Positions 63,201 through 64,000 of a stretch of 64,000 nt of DNA are shown piece after piece. Every line of letters starts with the position of its first letter. Position 1 is the stretch's first letter. A model generated the notes under the pieces. It had not been told where the DNA came from and did no database searches. It was given only the letters and a program-made list of their open reading frames with translations. Origin of the DNA: an uncultured virus (IMG/VR IMGVR_UViG_3300013132_000045). Lineage: Duplodnaviria > Heunggongvirae > Uroviricota > Caudoviricetes. The stretch lies in IMG/VR virus record IMGVR_UViG_3300013132_000045; one strand, 5' to 3'. Made by a program: the position numbers and the translations under genes.

Positions 63201-64000
63201 ATTGTCAATGCCGATATCAATAATTCTGCTGCCATTGCTCTTTCTAAGCTTGCCACGGGAGCATTGCCTTCTGGCATCACTATTGCAAGCAGCAACATTG
63301 TCAATGACACTATTGTCAATGACGATATAAATGCTTCTGCCGCCATTGCTGGTACGAAGATTAGCCCTGATTTTGGCAGTCAGAATATTGTTACTACTGG
63401 TATTTTTAACCACGCTCTTGGTACTGTTAGTGCTCCAACTATTGCTTTTACAGGAGACAGTAATACAGGCATCTATAGCCCTGGTGCTGATGCAGTTGGT
63501 GTGACGACAGGCGGCACCGAACGCCTGCTCATCGACTCCACTGGGGAACTCAAAATAGCTGCAAAAGGTAACGGAATAAATAACGGGATTATATTTGATA
63601 TTCCTTATACAGGCGGGCAATCTAACGTTGTATCACAAGCTCTACAAGTTGCCACAGGAGGAGCGGCTAATGCCTTGGCTCGCATCAATATGGGGGCTGT
63701 TAACCTTTCAGCCAATAACGGAAGTTTTATTAGCTTTGCCACGTCACCAGGTGGATCAGGTGCTCCGTCTGGTGACTTAACAACCGAGCGCCTGCGCATC
63801 GACTCCGCAGGCAACGTGGGCATTGGGACCAGCAGTCCTACCACGCTGCTTGATGTGAATGCTGATACCATGCGACTCCGTACTGCACGTACTCCTGCAT
63901 CTGCAGGCGCTACTGGTGCCGTTGGTGAAATCTGCTGGGATGCAAATTACATCTACGTCTGCACGACAACAAATACATGGAAGAGGGCGGCACTTAGCAC
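60291..64000 (+). CDS. Long tail fibre protein, 3' end beyond the window (absent from ORF track)
   Basis: GTG 60291 MADQRITQL...; many AITTAKIAD-type repeats; in frame with the terminal GEICWDANYIYVCTTTNTWKRAALS. Confidence 0.85.
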   Translation, partial: MADQRITQLKKLSQADVAANDVLPIVDVGSSITKKVEAKDLFQAAADLADNSSINLAKLNQASATKLGTAALADDAITAAKLANDSAIAYDSVAPTIDNFEGRGYVNSTSKNLQVWNGSAFDQVVMPTAGIADLAVSTAKIANNAITTAKVDIAGLGPTAIATNAITTAKVVDTAITTDKLASLSVTTAKIAANAVTAAELANDAVDTAAIQTLAVTNAKLADAAVTEAKIADGAVTVNKIANTSITYGKLNLADGSVPGAKLTDATVTSAKLAADAVTTPAITDLAVTTGKLANSAVTNGKIADGAITTVKVDAAGLAAAAIATNAITTAKVADDAITAAKMADDSTTIVQAGTPAGSGAFEGQHWFDTNTSVEYIWDSTTWVRQAAVNVINFTDSTPIAFSVAYPNNHTANITTSLDTQVANRAFLGPAAGADAAPTFRTIVPNDLPDATASTKGIIQPGTGLVVNGGTLNHSNSVTTGTYTKVTVDTQGHVSTGALLEASDVPNIDAAKITTGTLPTDRIADNAVTIDKLSDYSTASLGETFPTPSFIGQIHLNPLDKSFFMWDGNVFVPIGISAGQIIFAGTFNAATPSGTGQVASITPEGAAAGFTVGSALPASAPGNNKHYLVVSSGGTITTGNAPNATLAPPDLILSVYNSASPGWVEIDVSAGAGAIAASQVSFAAVGDIGSSNVQTAIEEVSSECRNATNITSGTLAVARGGTNLSSYVKGDIIAASGTTVLARRSVGTNGQVLTADSAEITGLKWATPTVGTVTEVTSSTAALTVASGTSTTTPALTIRSATTSGDGIVQLSDSTGTTSSILAATSTAVKAAYDLADAALPKAGGTVTGDITLGTNIGIQFEGTTDDANEIRLIGADATADRTITLPNVTGTVVTTGDNGTVTSTMIANDTIVNADINASAAIAYSKLALSSGVVDADINASAAIALSKLATGALPTTITIASANIVDDTIVNADINNSAAIALSKLATGALPSGITIASSNIVNDTIVNDDINASAAIAGTKISPDFGSQNIVTTGIFNHALGTVSAPTIAFTGDSNTGIYSPGADAVGVTTGGTERLLIDSTGELKIAAKGNGINNGIIFDIPYTGGQSNVVSQALQVATGGAANALARINMGAVNLSANNGSFISFATSPGGSGAPSGDLTTERLRIDSAGNVGIGTSSPTTLLDVNADTMRLRTARTPASAGATGAVGEICWDANYIYVCTTTNTWKRAALS

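Noticed and set aside
1..64000. CRISPR array, tRNA genes, integrase, reverse transcriptase/DGR, DNA polymerase
   Set aside because: No regularly spaced repeats or diagnostic motifs seen in this window; part of the genome lies outside it

Overview
The window is most of the genome of a long-tailed dsDNA phage with siphovirus architecture, circularly permuted: it starts inside a tail-fibre-associated gene and ends just before the stop of a large tail-fibre gene. The host is very probably a picocyanobacterium, inferred from a minimal cyanophage-type class I RNR, a DUF4278-like peptide, an NblA-like ORF and cyanophage-style small genes. Module order: lysis (1.0-2.8 kb); leftward recombination/nucleotide genes (HNH, DUF3310, dcd, PD-(D/E)XK exonuclease, Sak3-like annealase); primase-helicase; a hairpin-rich intergenic region (12.2-12.5 kb); a long rightward early/accessory block (rlpA, HNH + SF2 helicase + DNA-binding-like cassette, DUF932, beta-clamp-like protein, DUF4942 methyltransferase); a second homologous hairpin-rich region (27.4-28.1 kb); HNH-AP2, nrdA, nrdB and a phosphoesterase; leftward terL; head genes interrupted by a 4-gene glycosyl/methyl-transferase cassette; tail genes. 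Strongest unexplained signals: (i) two compact multi-stem ncRNA candidates, 15826-16023 (minus strand, own promoter and terminator) and 20636-20847 (plus strand, right after a WYL/Sm-like gene); (ii) a dnaX-style -1 frameshift signal at the end of the annealase gene; (iii) a terminator-insulated HNH/helicase cassette; (iv) a LysR-type palindrome exactly 51 nt upstream of five -10 boxes; (v) gene insertions that duplicate the 5' end of the downstream gene. All family calls come from motif recognition by eye; no database searches were run.
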